Source: Mobula hypostoma (lineage: Eukaryota). Taken from it: 64,000 nt of DNA. Position numbers and translations under genes: made by a program. The notes beneath the pieces are model-generated. The model was not told the origin of the DNA and did not search any database. It saw only the letters and a program-made list of their open reading frames with translations. Of the stretch, positions 15,118 through 32,861 are shown piece by piece. The DNA lies in NCBI RefSeq assembly GCF_963921235.1, contig NC_086109.1, forward strand, positions 20,028,001-20,092,000, given 5' to 3'. How positions within the stretch are numbered: the stretch's first letter is position 1; each line of letters begins with the position of its first letter.

Positions 15118-15938
15118 CAGTGCCTATAAAATGTATTCTACCCCCACCCCTTGGAAGTTTTCATGTTTAATTTTTTTTTTAAAACATTGAATCACAGTGG
15201 ATTTAATTTGGGTTTTCTGATACTGATTGACAGAAAAAGACTTGCGTCAAAGTAAAAAAAAACTAAAGTGATCTAAATTAATTACAATATAAAACATTGC
15301 ATAAGTTTCTTTAATATGACACAGCAAATCATCACTGGTGCAGCCAATTAGTTTTAGAAGCTACATAATTAAATAGAGATCACGTGTTGTCAAGGTGTTT
15401 CAATTGATTATAGTCAAAATACACCTGTATCTGGAAGGTCCAACTGCTGGTGAATCAGTATCCTGGCAAAAACTACACTATGAAGACAAAAGGACACTCC
15501 AAGCAACTCCGCAAAAATGGTCATTGAAAAGCACAAGTCAGGAGATGGAGACAAGAAAATTTCTATGTCACTGAATATCCCTTGGAGTACAGTTAAGTCA
15601 ATCATAAATAAATTAAAAGAATATGGCACAGCTGTAAATCTGCCTAGAGCAGGCAGTCCTCAAAAACTGAGTGTGCAAGAAGGGGATGAGTGAGGGAAGC
15701 CACCAAGATATCTATGACAAATCTGGGAGAGTTATAAGCTTCAGTAGCTGAGATGGGAGAGACTTCATGTACAACTGCTGCCTGGCTGCTTCACCCGTCG
15801 CAGCGTTATGAAAGAGTGGCAAAGTGAAGGCCACTGATGAAAAAACCTGACATGAAATCTCGACTAGAGTTTGCCAGAAGGTAAGTGGAAGACACTGAAG
15901 TCAGCTGGAAGAAGGTTCTATGGTCTGATGAAACCAAA
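15118..15938 (+). mobile_element. Tc1 transposon, 5' part (left TIR and decayed transposase up to WSDETK)
   Basis: cagtgcctataaaatgtattc end; HTH remnant (KHKSGDGDKKISMSLNIPWSTVKSII); tggtctgatgaaaccaaa. Confidence 0.8.
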
Positions 15939-16346
15939 AGCCTCAGAATAGAGGGACATCCATTTAGATCAGCGACAGAGGAATTTCTTTAACTCAAGGG
16001 TACTGAATCTGTGGAATTCAATACAACAGATAACACTGGAGACTCCCCAAGAGATTATCTTGTCCATTCATCCCTCGCCACTGATCTCCCTCCTGGCACT
16101 TAACCTTGCAAGCAGAACAAATGTTACACCTGCCCCTACGCCACCTTCCTCACTACCATTCAGAACCCCTAAAAGTCCTTCCAGGTGAGACGACACTTTA
16201 GCTGAGAGTCTGTTGGGGTTATCTGCTGTATCCAGTACTCTCAGTGTAGCCTCCTGTATATCAGTGAGATCTGATACAGATTAGGAGACTGCTTCGCTGA
16301 GCACCTATGCTCCATCTGCCAGAATAATTAGGATCTTCCAGTGGTC

Positions 16347-17069
16347 CCTCCTCACCTGGCGAGGTGAGAGTGAATCTCACCTGGTTCCTCAACACCAGCT
16401 CCATAGCAAAGAAAGCCCAGCAGCATCTCTACTTTCTGCGAAGGCTGAGAAAGTCCATCTCCCACCCCCCATCCTCACCACATTCTACAGAGGTTGTATT
16501 GAGAGCATCTTGAGCAGCTGCATCATGGCCTGGTTCCAAAATTGTGCCATCTCAGATTGCAAGACCCTGCAGCGGATAGTGAGGTCAGCTGAGATGATCA
16601 TCGGGGTCTCTCTTCCCACCGTCACAGACATTTACACCACAAGCTGCATCCGCAAAGCAAACAGCTTTATGAAGGACCCCACGCACCCCTCATATAAACT
16701 CTTCTCCCTCCTGCAATCTGGAAAAAGGCACCGAAGGATTCAGGCTCTCACAACCAGGCTATATAACAGTTTCTTCCCCCAAGCCATCAGACTCCTCAAT
16801 ACCCACAGCCTGGCTCAACACCAACCTACTATACCCTCTACTGTGCCCACTGTCTTGTTTATTTATTGTAGTGCCTGCACTGTTTTATGCAGTCCTGGAT
16901 AGGTCTGTAGCCTAGTGTAGTTTTTGTGGTTTTTTTCTTACGTAGTTCAGTGTAGTTTTTGTATTGTTTCATGTAGCACCATGGTCCTGGAAAACGTTGC
17001 CTCATTTTTACTATGTTCTGAACCAGTAGTTATGGTTGAAATGACAATAAAGAGTGATTTGACTTGACT
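16347..17069 (+). mobile_element. Rex1/Babar-like LINE 3' fragment
   Basis: ORF 16510-16902 (KDPTHPSYKLFSLLQSGKR...NSFFPQAIRLLN); (ttgac)n tail; tggtc duplicated at both sides. Confidence 0.8.
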
Positions 17070-17271
17070 TGGTCACCCATTTTAATTCCACTTCTCATTC
17101 ATATTCTGAAATGTCGGTCCATGGACTCCATGGACTCAGGTCTGAGGAGCAATACCTTATTCCGTCTGGTTAGCCTCCAACCTGGTGGCATGAACATAAG
17201 ATTTCTTGAACTTCCAGTAACAGGCCCCCCCCCCAACCTCTATTCCTCATCCCCTTTTCCTCCCCTCACCC

Positions 17272-18180
17272 TACAACCCTTGAGGGCTGTGTACCAAGTT
17301 ATGTCCTTTCCTCCTTGTATACCCATGACTGTGTCACCACCCACAGCTCTAATCTACTAACTAAATTTGCCAATGACTACACTGATCAGCCTAATCTCAA
17401 ACAATAATGAGGTGGCCTACAGGGAAGAAGTCATCTCTCTGACACAGTGGTGTCAAGAAAACCTCTCCCTCAATGTCTCAAAAACAAAGGAGCTGGATGT
17501 GGATTACAGGAGGAATGGAGATGGGCTAACGCCTATTGACATGAATGGATCTGGGGTTGAGAGGGTAAACAGCTTTAAATTCCTTGACATCCACATCACC
17601 GAGGGCTTCACGTGATCTGTACACATCATCTGTGTGGTGAGAAAAGGCATAACAGCGTCTCTTTCACCTCAGACGGTTGAGGAAGTTTGGTATGGGACTC
17701 CAAATCCTAAGACCTTTCTACAAGGGTACAATTGAGAGCAGCCTGACTGGCTGCATCAGTGCCTAGTATGGGAACTGTACCTCCCTTAATTGCAGGATTC
17801 TGCAGAGAGTGGTGCGGACAGCCCAGTGCATCTGTAGTTGTGAACTTCCCATGATTGAGGACATTTACAAAGACAGGTGTGAAAAAAAGAGAGCCTGAAG
17901 GATCATTAGGGACCCCAGTCACCCCAAGCATGGTCTATTCCAGCTGCTGCCATCCGGGAATCAGTACCGCAGCAAAAAAAAAAGCCAGGACTAACAGGCT
18001 CCGGGACAGCTTCTTCCACCAGGCCGTCAGACGGATTAATTCACACTGATTTGAGTGTATTTCTATGTTACATTGACTGTTCTATTTATCATAAATTACT
18101 ATGATTGCACATTTAGACACATATAATAAAGATTGTACTCATTTATGTGAAGGATGTAAGAAATAAAGTCAATTCAATTC
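17272..18180 (+). mobile_element. Rex1/Babar-like LINE 3' fragment (second family)
   Basis: NLSLNVSKTKEL..DYR, FKFLDIHI and RLRDSFFHQAVR motifs; aataaa and (caatt)n tail. Confidence 0.8.
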
Positions 18181-19317
18181 TCAGTCCTTTAGTTCCCCCT
18201 CTCTATTTCACCCATCACCTTGTTTCTTCCTCTCCTCCCCCCTCCCCACCTTCTTGGACATCCTTTTTCCTCCAGTCCTGATGGTCTCGGCAAGTCCACT
18301 GTACTTTTTCCCCCCCATAGATACTGCCTGGCCTGCTGAGTTCCTTCAGCATTTTGTGTGTTGCTTGAAAGTGCTCTTAGTACTGTTATTTAAGATAACA
18401 TTAAGATACCCCTTTCTTTCAATAACACTCATCTAGCAAGTAGTTTATAAACATTATGAGGGCTGTAGACAAAACTGCACATCTTGATATGGTGTTAATA
18501 AAACTTCAAATTAGCTGCTGGAACAGTACCAAATCATTAAAAATGCAGAGATAGCAGCTCTCAAATTCATTCCTATTGGAGAATTCTAACAGCCATTATA
18601 AAACTGATTCAGTTGATAACACAACCTACAATACTTGAATCAAAAAAGGTTAGCAAAAGAGCTGCATTAATCTGTGTCTCTAATCATGATACACAGGCTT
18701 AATAGGAATTGGAATAATTTAGGCCAGTTCAGGGAGCAAATGGAAGAGAAAGGATAAATGTCAAACCACCTATGTCTGAACACTACCCAGTTACCCTAGT
18801 TAGAATAGCAGTACATGGCTGGATGCGGAATGAAGAAATGCTCAGTTTGATGTTTCATTCCCTTAGAAGATAGCAAATAAAGGATTTGCTCATGAGCAGT
18901 GCTTACCTATGCTTTTCAACCATGGTTATTTAAGTGAGAGTTAATATCGGTTTTTCTAATCCTTTCAAATTTAGCACTTGCCCATTCAGGGCAAACACGG
19001 TTGACACAAAGGGCAGGAAAGCAAGAAAAATTATAAAGCAATTTAGATTGGTGGTCAAAATAATCTCTAGTGGTCAAGGGCAGAGTTAATTAGAACCCAA
19101 AAAGGAGATTCACATAGTGGATACAGTGGGGATGCCAGCACAAGCACCTCCATCAGCTTTCCTCAGCTGCAGACAATGTAAATGGAAAGGAAGTGACAGT
19201 AGTGAAGGTTTGGAAGTCCTTAAGGTGGGAAATTCACCAGCGCTCATGTGGATATACCGTTACAGAGGAAAGTGAAGACAGAAGCAGCTCCAGTTTGTTT
19301 GCTCCCAAAAGACCAGA

Positions 19318-21470
19318 GAATTCAGAATCAGATTTTTAATCACCGACGTATGTCGTGAAATGTATTTTGCAGCAATACTGCAGTGCAATACATAAAAATT
19401 ACTACAAGTTACAATATCAGTGTGGAGTTGTTTGTGGACCATTACGTCTGAAGGTGGAGGAAGATGCTGTTCCTAAAACACTGAATGTGGATCTTGAGGC
19501 TCCTGTACCTCCTCCCTGGTGGTCGTAATAAGAGGGCATGTCCTGCATGGTGAGGGTCCTTAATGATTGAGGCACCGCCTCTCAAAGATGCCCTCAATAG
19601 TGGGGAGGGTTGTGTTCAGGGTTGAGATTAGTGTCTACAACCCTCTGCAGCTTCTTTCAATCCTGCACATTGGAGCATCCATACCAGGCAGTGATGCAAC
19701 TAGTCAGAAACTCTCCACCGTACAGTGGTAGCAATTTGCTACTGTTTGGTGACATACAAAAACCTCCTCAAAATCTTAAGTATAGCACTGGCATGCCTTA
19801 GACATGATTGCATCAATGTCTTGGGCCCAGGCTATTGCCTGACATTTGAGGCCTAGGTACTCTAAGATGCTTGCTCTTTCCACTGTTGACCCCACAATAA
19901 AGAGTGGTGTGTTCTCATTACTTACTCAAGTCCACAATCAAATTCCCTGGTCTTGCTGATGCTGAGTGCAAGGTTGTTGTTGCAACATCACAACCAGCCC
20001 ATTTCACTCCTATACACCTCACTGCCATCTGAGATTCTGCCAACAGTAATGTCATCAACAAATTTATAACGGCATGAGTTGTGCCTAGCCAGAGTCAGGC
20101 ATAGAGAGGGTAAACTAGACTAAGCATACATCCTCGAGGCATGTTTGCAATGATTGTCAACATAATGTTATTACAGATCCACGCTGATTGTGGTTGCCCA
20201 GTTAGGAAGTCAAGGATCCAGTTGCAGAGGGAGATGCAGGTCAAGGTTTTGAGGCTTATTGATTAGTACTGAACGGATGATGTTGAACACTGAGCAGTAA
20301 TCGACAAACAGCAGACTGATATGTATTGCTCTTGTCCAAGTGCTCCAAAACCAAGTGTTCAGACAGTACATGTGTCTGCTGTAGACCTGCTATGCGCCAG
20401 GCAAAATGCAATGGGTCCAGATCCTTACTCAGGCTGGAGTTAATTCTAGCCATGACCAACCTTTCAGAGCACTGCATTACACAGTGCTACCAAGTGATAT
20501 TTGTTGAAACATCTCATCTTGCTCTTCTTGGGAAATATGATTGAAGTTCATTCGAAGCAGGTGGAAACCTCTGACTACAGCAATGAAAGACTGAAGATGT
20601 CCTTGAACACCTCAGCCAGCTGGTCACCACAGTACTCTACACTCTTGAGAAATGTTAAGCTGTTAGAATACTTCAGACAGATCACAGGACCACCAGATAC
20701 TGTGGGGATTCACACACATTTATTCTCCTTTCCAAATTGTGCAATAAAGACATTGAGCTCATTGGGGACTGAATGCATCACTGCCATTTATGTTAGGTTT
20801 CACCTTTTAGGAAAGTAACGGTATGCAAACTCTGCCACAGCTGCAGTGAAGCCAACTGTTTTAAACTTCCCATGGAATTGCTTTTTCACCCTCATGATAA
20901 CCTACCATAAATCGTACCTGGACTTCTTGTATGGTCCTGGATCGCCAGTATTAAACACCACATACGTGGCCCTCAGCAGACTGAATCTCTTGGTTCATCC
21001 AGGCTTCTGGTTTGGGCATGTTCGCGAAAGCACAAATTCATCCATACAAATCTAGAGGTCTGCAATGACTGGCATATTCAGATCCAAAGACGAATCCTTG
21101 AATATGGTTCAATCCACTAATTCAAAGCAGTCATGTAGATAATCATCTGCCTAATTGCTGGGAGTAGAAGTACAGCGAGGTGATTAGACTTGCCAAGTGC
21201 AGGCACAGGTTGGCACTGCAACTGTTCTTGATGGTGGTATAACAGTGATTAAGCGTGTTAGCTCCTGTGATTCGACAGATGACATGGTGGTAGCTTGCCG
21301 CAGCCTTCTTCAGGCTGGCCTGGTTGAAGTCCTCTGCAGTGATCAGGAATCCATCAGCGCACATACTGTCTTGTGACGGATCATAGTACTCAGTTCCTCC
21401 AGTGCCAACTTGACATTTAGCAATGGTGGAATATTCAATGCAACCAGGATGATGGGAGAACTTCCTCAGC
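19318..21470 (-). mobile_element. Older Rex1/Babar-like LINE, fragmented endonuclease + RT
   Basis: Minus-strand remnants AEDFNQASLK...NTLNHCYTTIKN and LDPLHFA...EHLD; attcagaatcaga tail at ~19320. Confidence 0.7.
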
Positions 21471-22543
21471 CACTTTAGTAAGTATGAGCTAAAATGGATG
21501 TCATCATGAATTTAGTCAAATAAGAACTGATTTTAGTAAGTAGAGTTCTTTGAAGAGAATTGTGCAACGGAAGTGCAGTGAGTGTCAGAAATAGTTTCAG
21601 TAGTATTCTGTTTGATTAATCAACTGCTCTTTTAATGTAGGCACAGGGCATTTTTATTAAAAATGCAAATGTCATCTCAGAGAACAAACTGGAAAAAATT
21701 GGCAAACAGAGCAGATGAATCTTAATGCAATAATAGTGTATTAAAGTAGATAGTGGCATAATATACAATTTTAAAACTAAGATCCAAACTGTATCGTATC
21801 TTTTAATGCTGCGGGAAAAGTCGAAGATAAAGTCTGTAACAAACCAATGGAATACAAAAGGCAATTTATGCAAAACTCTGGCAAAGCACCGTTTTACATC
21901 CCAGCTGGGATAAAGCATTCAATTCTGTCAAACTCTTGGAGTTCAGAAGAGATTCAGTTGAATGGGACCAGGGAAAAGCACTTATGTCTGCCGGGAGGCC
22001 TGCTTCAAAACAGGAAGGCTTGATTGGTGTTTATATAGATTCATATAGAATAAGTAAGGTGAAATGTTTTCAAGTACAAAAGGTTGGTAACCAGACATCA
22101 AATAAGAGTTAGACATGGCATGAAAATTTGAAAAGGCTATTATCTAAAATGCACTTCCTGAAATGGCAGTGGACATTAATTCACTTGCTACTCAAAGATA
22201 AAAATCTACAGGTATAATTGGGAAAAGTAGAGTAGAACTTGTCTACTAAACAGCTAACTCAAACAGAATAATTTCCTTTGCCTTGCCATTTTAGAATATG
22301 CAATACTGATAGGAACAAGGGCTTGTACGAGTTATAGCTGATAGACTTGGACAGGGGACTAGAGGGGAATATTACAGGGGAAGGGAATAAAATACAAGCA
22401 AACCTGGAGTCAGAAGCTCAGCCACATGGAAAAAGAACAACCATTAGCGAAAGTAACATCACAATTTTCCAAATACTCCCCTTGTGCATTGGAATAAGTA
22501 TAGGATAATTCTGCACTATTTTAGCTCTGTTATTCATACTCAC

Positions 22544-22600
22544 CAATGCAGACTTTCCCACACCGCCTGAGCCAAGGACAACCAGTTTGTATTCACGCAT
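22544..22600 (-). CDS. RAP1A: RAP1A first coding exon (aa 1-19, MREYKLVVLGSGGVGKSAL); exon includes 27 nt of 5' UTR to 22627
   Basis: Translation matches the Rap1 N-terminus and P-loop. Donor TTG|gtgagt at 22543; acceptor ttttctttttcag at 22628-22640 on the minus strand. Confidence 0.95.
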
Positions 22601-22699
22601 CCTGTGACGTTGCTAAACAGCGTCACTCTGAAAAAGAAAAAGTCTGCTTAGAAAAGTATGCTATCCACATTGTATTATAGCACATGAAAAGTTTTAAAA

Positions 22700-24279
22700 T
22701 AGTGGTCGCTAACTGGTTGATCGCGATCCACCTGTTGATTTTTGAGACTTTCCCAATAGATCCCGAAAAAAATGAAAAATACACAAATACATTATACCTG
22801 ATAAACCTTTTGATGCAAAAGCAAATTTTACCCCTAGAGCGCATATGTAGTAACTTCTACTTTAAAAAAGGACCACTCGGCAACTTCACGTCCAAAGGAA
22901 CAACTTTATCTGGGATGGCAAAACCAATCTGGCAGAGGGGTTTATACACACATGCGGAGAAAAGACCGGAAGTAAAACCCTGCAACCCTGGAAACAACCT
23001 CTGTTCCGTAGTGGGAGTATTGCTATATTACCATTATCCTAATTGGTATTAGCTTATCTTTATAATGCTCACATTGCAACACCTTTAATTCCAAGTTTTA
23101 TAATTTAACTTTATTTCAACACGAAAAATAAATGAAAATTGACTGTTGCACTCAGTGTGATGACTGGGGCTGAATACTTTCTGCTAGTTCCCTGAAATTT
23201 GGTTCATAACTACAGACAGCCAGTCTGAGACAATCTGTGAGGTGTCTGCCAGTAAGACAGCTCCTGTACTTGGATTTAATAATTTTCATCTGTGAAAATG
23301 CAATTTCACACAGATAAGTTGACCCGAAGTAGGCACTGACTTTTACTGCACATGTGGTGAGATGAGGAAACTTCTCCCTGCTGACAAGCCCCCAAAGGTC
23401 ACCATCCCTTGATCTTGCTTTAAGCTCGATGTCACTTTGCAAATCAATTATTTCCATTTCAATATCACTTGGCACACCAAATACTTGCTGGAATTTCTCT
23501 TGTATCTGTTCTATATCGATCGGCAGAAATGGGTTTGAAATAAATGCAGCAATATCTTTCATGACGTTTAACTCCCCAAAAGACCGATCAAACTCTATTG
23601 CCAGTTTGTCTTGGTAAGCAGAGTACTGATCAGGGCGAAAAGCATTTTGTTTTCCTTGATGACCTATAACAGTTTCGCCAAGTTGGGAAAGCGTGTCAGC
23701 CTCCCGTTCTTTAAATTTGAAATCCAAACACTGAGCTTGGCCTTAAACGCATTTACTGCGCATATCATGTGGGGCAGGTTTCAGTCTTTTCCCATGAACT
23801 CATTGTTAAGTGCGTTTAATTTAGCTTTTAGGTCTGTCAGAAACCCCAAATTCAGTAGCCACGCATCATTTAACAGTTCCTGGTGCTCCTTGTTTCTTTA
23901 TCTCAGGCAGCAAGTCAACAAACTATTGTAGCACAGCACCCGCGCAAACCTCCTGACAGACTGAATGTTGAATCTGCCATGTTTTTCCAGGTGTTTTGTA
24001 TTGGTAAACTGTTACTGAGACACTAGTATAAGTTTCAGGGGTACACAAGCTAACAACACCACTGTTTTTTTGTTTCCCCAGTTCTTTCACATTTGAGGAA
24101 TGATGGAATTTAAAGGGGGAGAAGTGTTGTAATCTCAGCATTATAAAGATAAGTTAATAGGAATTAGGATAATGGTAATATAGCAACACTGCCGCTACAG
24201 AAAGCTGTTTGTAAACAGAGGTTTGTTGCCGGGGTTGCAGGGTTTTACTTCCTGTCTTCTCTGCGCATGTGTATATATA
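22700..24279 (-). mobile_element. Internally deleted hAT (Buster/GTF2IRD2-like) transposon
   Basis: ORF 23152-23727 has the hAT dimerization motif FGSTYLCEIAFSQMKIIKSKYR and a QSSH* end. TIR-like tagtggtcgctaac at 22700; ~125-bp subterminal inverted repeats at 22943-23068 and 24137-24275. Confidence 0.8.
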
Positions 24280-27227
24280 TTTTAAAATATGGATTCTTCT
24301 CCTCAAACCTCCCCGCTTTGAAGTTCCAATCATACAATAATGAGTAAACTTAATCTTATTGGCAGTAAAGCCTTTGAAAGGTAGTACTCAAATAGTAGTT
24401 TCTTATCCCTTAACAAAATAATTTATCAAAGAAATTAAACTGTTGCACAAAACCAAAAGGTGATTAAAAATGCATCTTCATCTATGTGGTGGATGAAATT
24501 AATGTAAGCCTTAATATTTTAATCCGTAAACTCATGTTTGACAATCCAATTACTACTTTTAAATTATATGTACTTGAGAATATGCCTTTAACAGAGCCTG
24601 GAACTTAAGCTCAAGGCAAGCCAACAGTAGCTGCTCAGTTATTTTATCATTATGAGACGGCTACAATCTCTTGATACTAACAATGCTGCAATGTCAAGCA
24701 AAAGGCACATGCTAGATAAAATGCAAGCTATTTGATGACAAGTACCGGAGGACTAAACAGAAAAATGGAAATCGGAAGACAAGCTGCCCAAGAACTGCAA
24801 GCAGATCAATTGTGTCAGACTTGCCAGACTGTAAATCTTACACTGCTTTTCAAAAAAAAAAACACCACACTGGTATAAAATGATTAGCTATATTGTTAGC
24901 AGATTCTTGTTTGGAGGAAAATTGCAAATCCGGATAACGTTTCACTGGATAAAGCATGGAGGTGGTTGAACATGGCAATGAAGATAAAGCCAAAAATTAA
25001 CTAAATGCCATCTTTTCAGAGATTAAAAGCTAGCAACCAACATATTATTTAATTACTCCAGAGACCAGACAATTACAATTACATGCAGCACCCTCAAATC
25101 AGCATCTCATAGATACACCACACAAATGTAGCATTATAAACATATTAGTCTTGTGCATTAACATGCAAAATCCAAAAGATCTGTACAATGGTCAAAAATT
25201 AATCTCAGGTAGTATATGGTAACATGTATGTACTTTGATAACAAATTTACTTTGAACTTTGTACAATGGGAAGAGTGTTGCTCAGGATTAATTCTTCCTC
25301 AAGCAACATACATCTATGTACATTTTGCATAAAATATTGTGACAGCTAACCACTCTGGATTTGGTAAACAACAAAAAAAAATGCATGCTTCTCATTGCGT
25401 TCTGGAGCAGTCCACTTCATATCCAGGAAGCTATCAGCATAACCTACTGAAAGTGCTGCGCACACAGGCTTTTCTGAAAACACAATTCATCATTTGAGAG
25501 CTATAAAATGTGCTTGACCTGGCATAGTACATTTCCCAGTGATGCAGCTGACTGAATAATCAATAAAATAGATTTAGGTCAATATATTGAAGAGTTTTGC
25601 TCTGTTAACATACCAAACACTGCCAGATGGAATGGAGATAACAGTTGCAAAAAGAGACCTTAGAAATGTAATTTAAGGTAAAATGAGGAAATAATTTCAC
25701 AATTCTGAGGATGGGAAATCCAGTACAATAGCTTTTGCAAAGAGGTGGCAAAGCTAATTGACAATTCTTTTCTATGACCCTGCTTGAATGTCACATGAAA
25801 ATGCATTTATTCAAACTTATCCCACAAATCAAGGCTAATCCTCTTTTACAGCAAAAATACATGTAGCTAACAATCTGCAAAGATGAAAAACACAGCTCGT
25901 TTACCTCTCAGTCTTCAAAAGACATAACATACTTGATAAGGTGACAAAATTAGAAGTCATATAGTTTAATGATAATGCTGCATGGCTCTTGGGTTCAAGG
26001 TGGTTCAAGTTTGACTACTTCCTTATAGCAGTGGTCCCCAACCACCGGGCTGTGGACCGGTACTGGGCCACAAAGCATGTGCTACCAGGCCACGAGGAAA
26101 TGATATGATTTGGCAAATGAAGTGATATGGGTCAGCTGCACCTTTCCTCATTCCCAGTCACGCCCACTGTTGAGCTTGAACGCACGCGAGGTCATTACGC
26201 ACGGAGGTCATTAGCCGGTATGAGTAAAAAAAAAAGTCGCTTGAGAGTTTCTTTGGAAGAGGACATAAAAGGCCTAACAATAGTGATAACGCAGAGACAG
26301 CTGAGGCAGAGGCTGCAAAAAATAACCTTCCTTCAACAGAGAATACGAGTCCTACATGAAATATGGTTTTGCAACCAGTGACTCACACGCTCCAAGCCCC
26401 CTGTGTGTGATATGTGGAGACAAGCTGTCTAATGAGGCAATGAAGCTCTCAAAACTGCTTCAGCACCTTGAGTCCAAGCACCCTGCACTTAAAGACAAAC
26501 CCATTGAGTTTTTTTGAGTGGAAAAAACGTGAGCAAGTGGAACAGAAGCAAGTGCTGAGAGCGATCACCTCCACAAATGCTGCTGCTCTGACAGCGTCGT
26601 ACTTAGTGGCTAGCCTTATTGCTAAGGCTAAGACTTTTACTGTTGGTGAAGAATTGATTCTGCCTGCTGCCAAGGACATGTGCCGTGAACTGTTGGGAGA
26701 AACTGCAGCTAACAAGATGACACAGGTTTCTCTTTCAGCTACCACAGTTTCAAGGAGAATCGATGACATAACGGAAGACATCGAAGCACAGCTGTTGGAA
26801 AGGCTTAACAAGTCACCACGGTATGCTATCCAGTTCGATGAGTCTACCGATGTTGACAACAAGGAAATGCTGCTGGTTTCTGTGCGTTATATATTTCAAG
26901 ACGATGTGCAGGAGGATATTTTGTGTGCACTGCCACTGCCAACTAACACAACTGGGGCAGAACTATTCAAGTCTTTGAATGACTACATGTCAGGCAAACT
27001 GGACTGGTCATTCTGTGCTGGAATATGCAGACGGGGCTGCAGCTATGACTGGACGGCTGTCTGGTTTCACTACCCGAGTCAAAGAGGTTGCTCCTGAACG
27101 TTAGTCTACACACTGTGTCATACACAGGAAAATGCTGGCTAGCCGAAAAATGTCAGCTAAACATAACAGCACATTGAGTGACGTTGCTGATGTTATCAAT
27201 CACATCAAAGCAAAAGCCCTTAGCTCA

Positions 27228-30252
<3,025 letters not shown>

Positions 30253-32861
30253 TGAGTTAAGAGAGCAACTACAGAGATTTCTTTCAGGAAAAAAGTCACC
30301 ACTGGCAGCACATTTCAGTGACAAGGAGTGGATAGCAAAACTCGCTTATCTGTGTGACATCTTCAACCTGCTCAATAAACTCAATTTATCACTTCAGGGT
30401 AGAATGACAACTGTCTTCAGGTTGGCGGATAAAGTGTCTGCTTTCAAAGCCAAACTGGAAATGTGGGGATGGCGAGTGGACAGGGGCATATTTGACATGT
30501 TCCCAACATTAGCTGGGATTTTGGGAGAGACTGAGGCTGCACCGTCTTTCTCACAGCTGGTGCACGATCACCTAACTTCGCTGTCAACAGAATTTGAGCG
30601 TTACTTCTCAACTGCAAATGACCCAAGACATGCAAAGGAATGGGTCCGTGACTCATTTGTGAATGTTCCCAGTGAATCATCCATGTCAGTGCGGGAAGAT
30701 GATCAACTCCTCAAGCTTGCAAATGATGGTGGGCTGAAAAGTATGTTTGACATAGCATCTCTGCCAGCATTCTGGATCAAAGTCAAGGCTGAATATCCTG
30801 AGATAGCCACTAAAGCACTGAAAACGTTGCTTCCATTTCCAACATCACATCTCTGCGAAGCAGGATTTTCTGCAATGAATGCAACGAAAACTAAATTGCA
30901 GAATAGACTGGACACAAGGAACCCCCTTCCAGTATCGCTGCCTCCCATCACCCCTAAATGGGACCGTCTTGTTGCAGGGAAACAAGCCCAGGGCTCCCAC
31001 TGATTCAGCAATATTGGTGTGTTGCAATGATTTTATGTGTTCATATGAGGAAAATATGTGCTGTGTGTTTAATATCCAAACGTTACTTAAAATGTTATGA
31101 TGCTATTTAATTATAAGTGACTTATCACTATATTCATGGGAGGAAGATATGCACTGCATGTTTAATATTAAATTCATTAGATAAGCCCTTTTAGAAACAA
31201 AATTGAGTGTATTATTAGCCACTTATAAGTGACTTACAGTTCCACCTATATACCGGTCGTGATTAACACTGCCCCCCCACCCCCCACCCCGGGTCAGCCG
31301 GTCCGCAAGAATATTGTCAATATTAAACTGGTCCGCGGCGCAAAAAAGGTTGGGGACCCCTGCATTATAGGCTCAAGACTTCAACTCAAATGATTCCTCA
31401 TGGTCCCAGTGTGTAGGTCTGTCCTTAACCTCAATTCACACTCTTCAGACCAATCATTTTCCTTGTTTCACAAGGTGGAAACTTGCAGCACATTATGGTT
31501 GACATTTTAGAAGTTAACCCGCTAAGCAATAAATCCTTAAAATGAATGAAATTAATCAAGTTAACATATTTGCATGCCACAGCTGTGTACACAAGGTTCC
31601 TGGTTTTCTGTATATTACACAATGGACAAATAAAGTGAAAATTAAAATTCATAATTTCAATATGTTCAAATCACATTTTTGAAAATCTTAAAACATTTAA
31701 AACTAGTTCAAGTCCTCCACTATAACCTATGGATTCCAGCCTTTTTCTGCATTGCAGAACAGTTAGTTGTTCTGCTCAACTTTCTACCCCCACAATGCGA
31801 ACAATTGTTTAAAAAACCTTTATGGAAATGCATCCCCTCCTGACAATTTCAAGTAGCTAAGAATGCTTTGCAGTGAGCAGGGACAAGATAATCTGCTCAA
31901 AATTCACTGAGAGAAGAAAAAACATGTTGTGATGCAGCATGGAATAAACAATGAATTGCTGTTTACATTCTACAAGCCAAGTCTTGGCTAACCCAATGAA
32001 CAGATCAGCTTTTTCAATAAAAACAATGACATCACTCACCAATGATCTTAGATTGTACAGTAACCGCTTGACAAAAAGTTATTTCCATGTAAGGTCATAA
32101 AACACAAAAACTACACAAGTAGGAGAGTCAGGGAAGGAAAGTACTCTCACCATTTTGTTCCTACATATAATCCATTTTACTATTTTTGAAGCTGCTGGTA
32201 TTAAAACTCAGTCATTACCAAAATTATTTTTAAACATAAAGGTCTAGGATGTACGAACCTTTAAATTACATTGCTACTTTTGCTTAAGAAATGTCCAGTT
32301 CAAACAAAATCTAGTCGCGAGGTTGCCAAACTATAATAAAAGCACCACGAAAAAGGGACAGTCCAGGGGTGGGGGGTGGCAGGAGAAATGAAGGCAAGGA
32401 AAACAATATTTACTTTTTCCAACTGGAATCCTATTAAAATGAACCTGTGCCACTGAAATGGCTCCAAAGGAAGTTACCACAGGGTAATATGAAAGTTCAC
32501 AAAAGCAGAGATTTAAGAGTTACAGCTTCTGCCATAGACTGAAGTTAGATGCCCAGATCTTCTTGGATTAAGTATTCAAATAAATTACAGCAGTAGCCTC
32601 CCCCTCCCCAAATAGAATATTTTAATCTCAAATACAGATACAACTTGCTGTAAATTGTATTCAGCAACCAATTCTGGCACAGAAGCTTAACAAATTAAGG
32701 TACAATATTTGCATAAGGAGCATGGGAATTCATGAACTAAAGAACTAAAAAAAAAATGGGAGTAGAGTACCAAGTACAAGTCTGGTCCACTGCTCACAGC
32801 TGATCTAAACTGGCTTCACCTCTTCTGTCCCAATTCCCCATACCATTTAAAAGATTAAGGA

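Larger units (their letters stand above)
16045..18367 (+). mobile_element. Older Penelope-like 3' fragment split by two Rex/Babar insertions
   Basis: Decayed CKQNKCYTC/GIY-YIG at 16080-16345 resumes at 17070-17260. Degenerate hammerhead (gtcctgatggtctcggc) and gtgtgttgcttg tail at 18270-18367. Confidence 0.75.

Noticed and set aside
22418..22600. 60-aa ORF starting MREYKLVVLG as a complete small protein
   Set aside because: Only the first 19 codons are exon; a canonical gtgagt donor follows and the rest is intron read-through.
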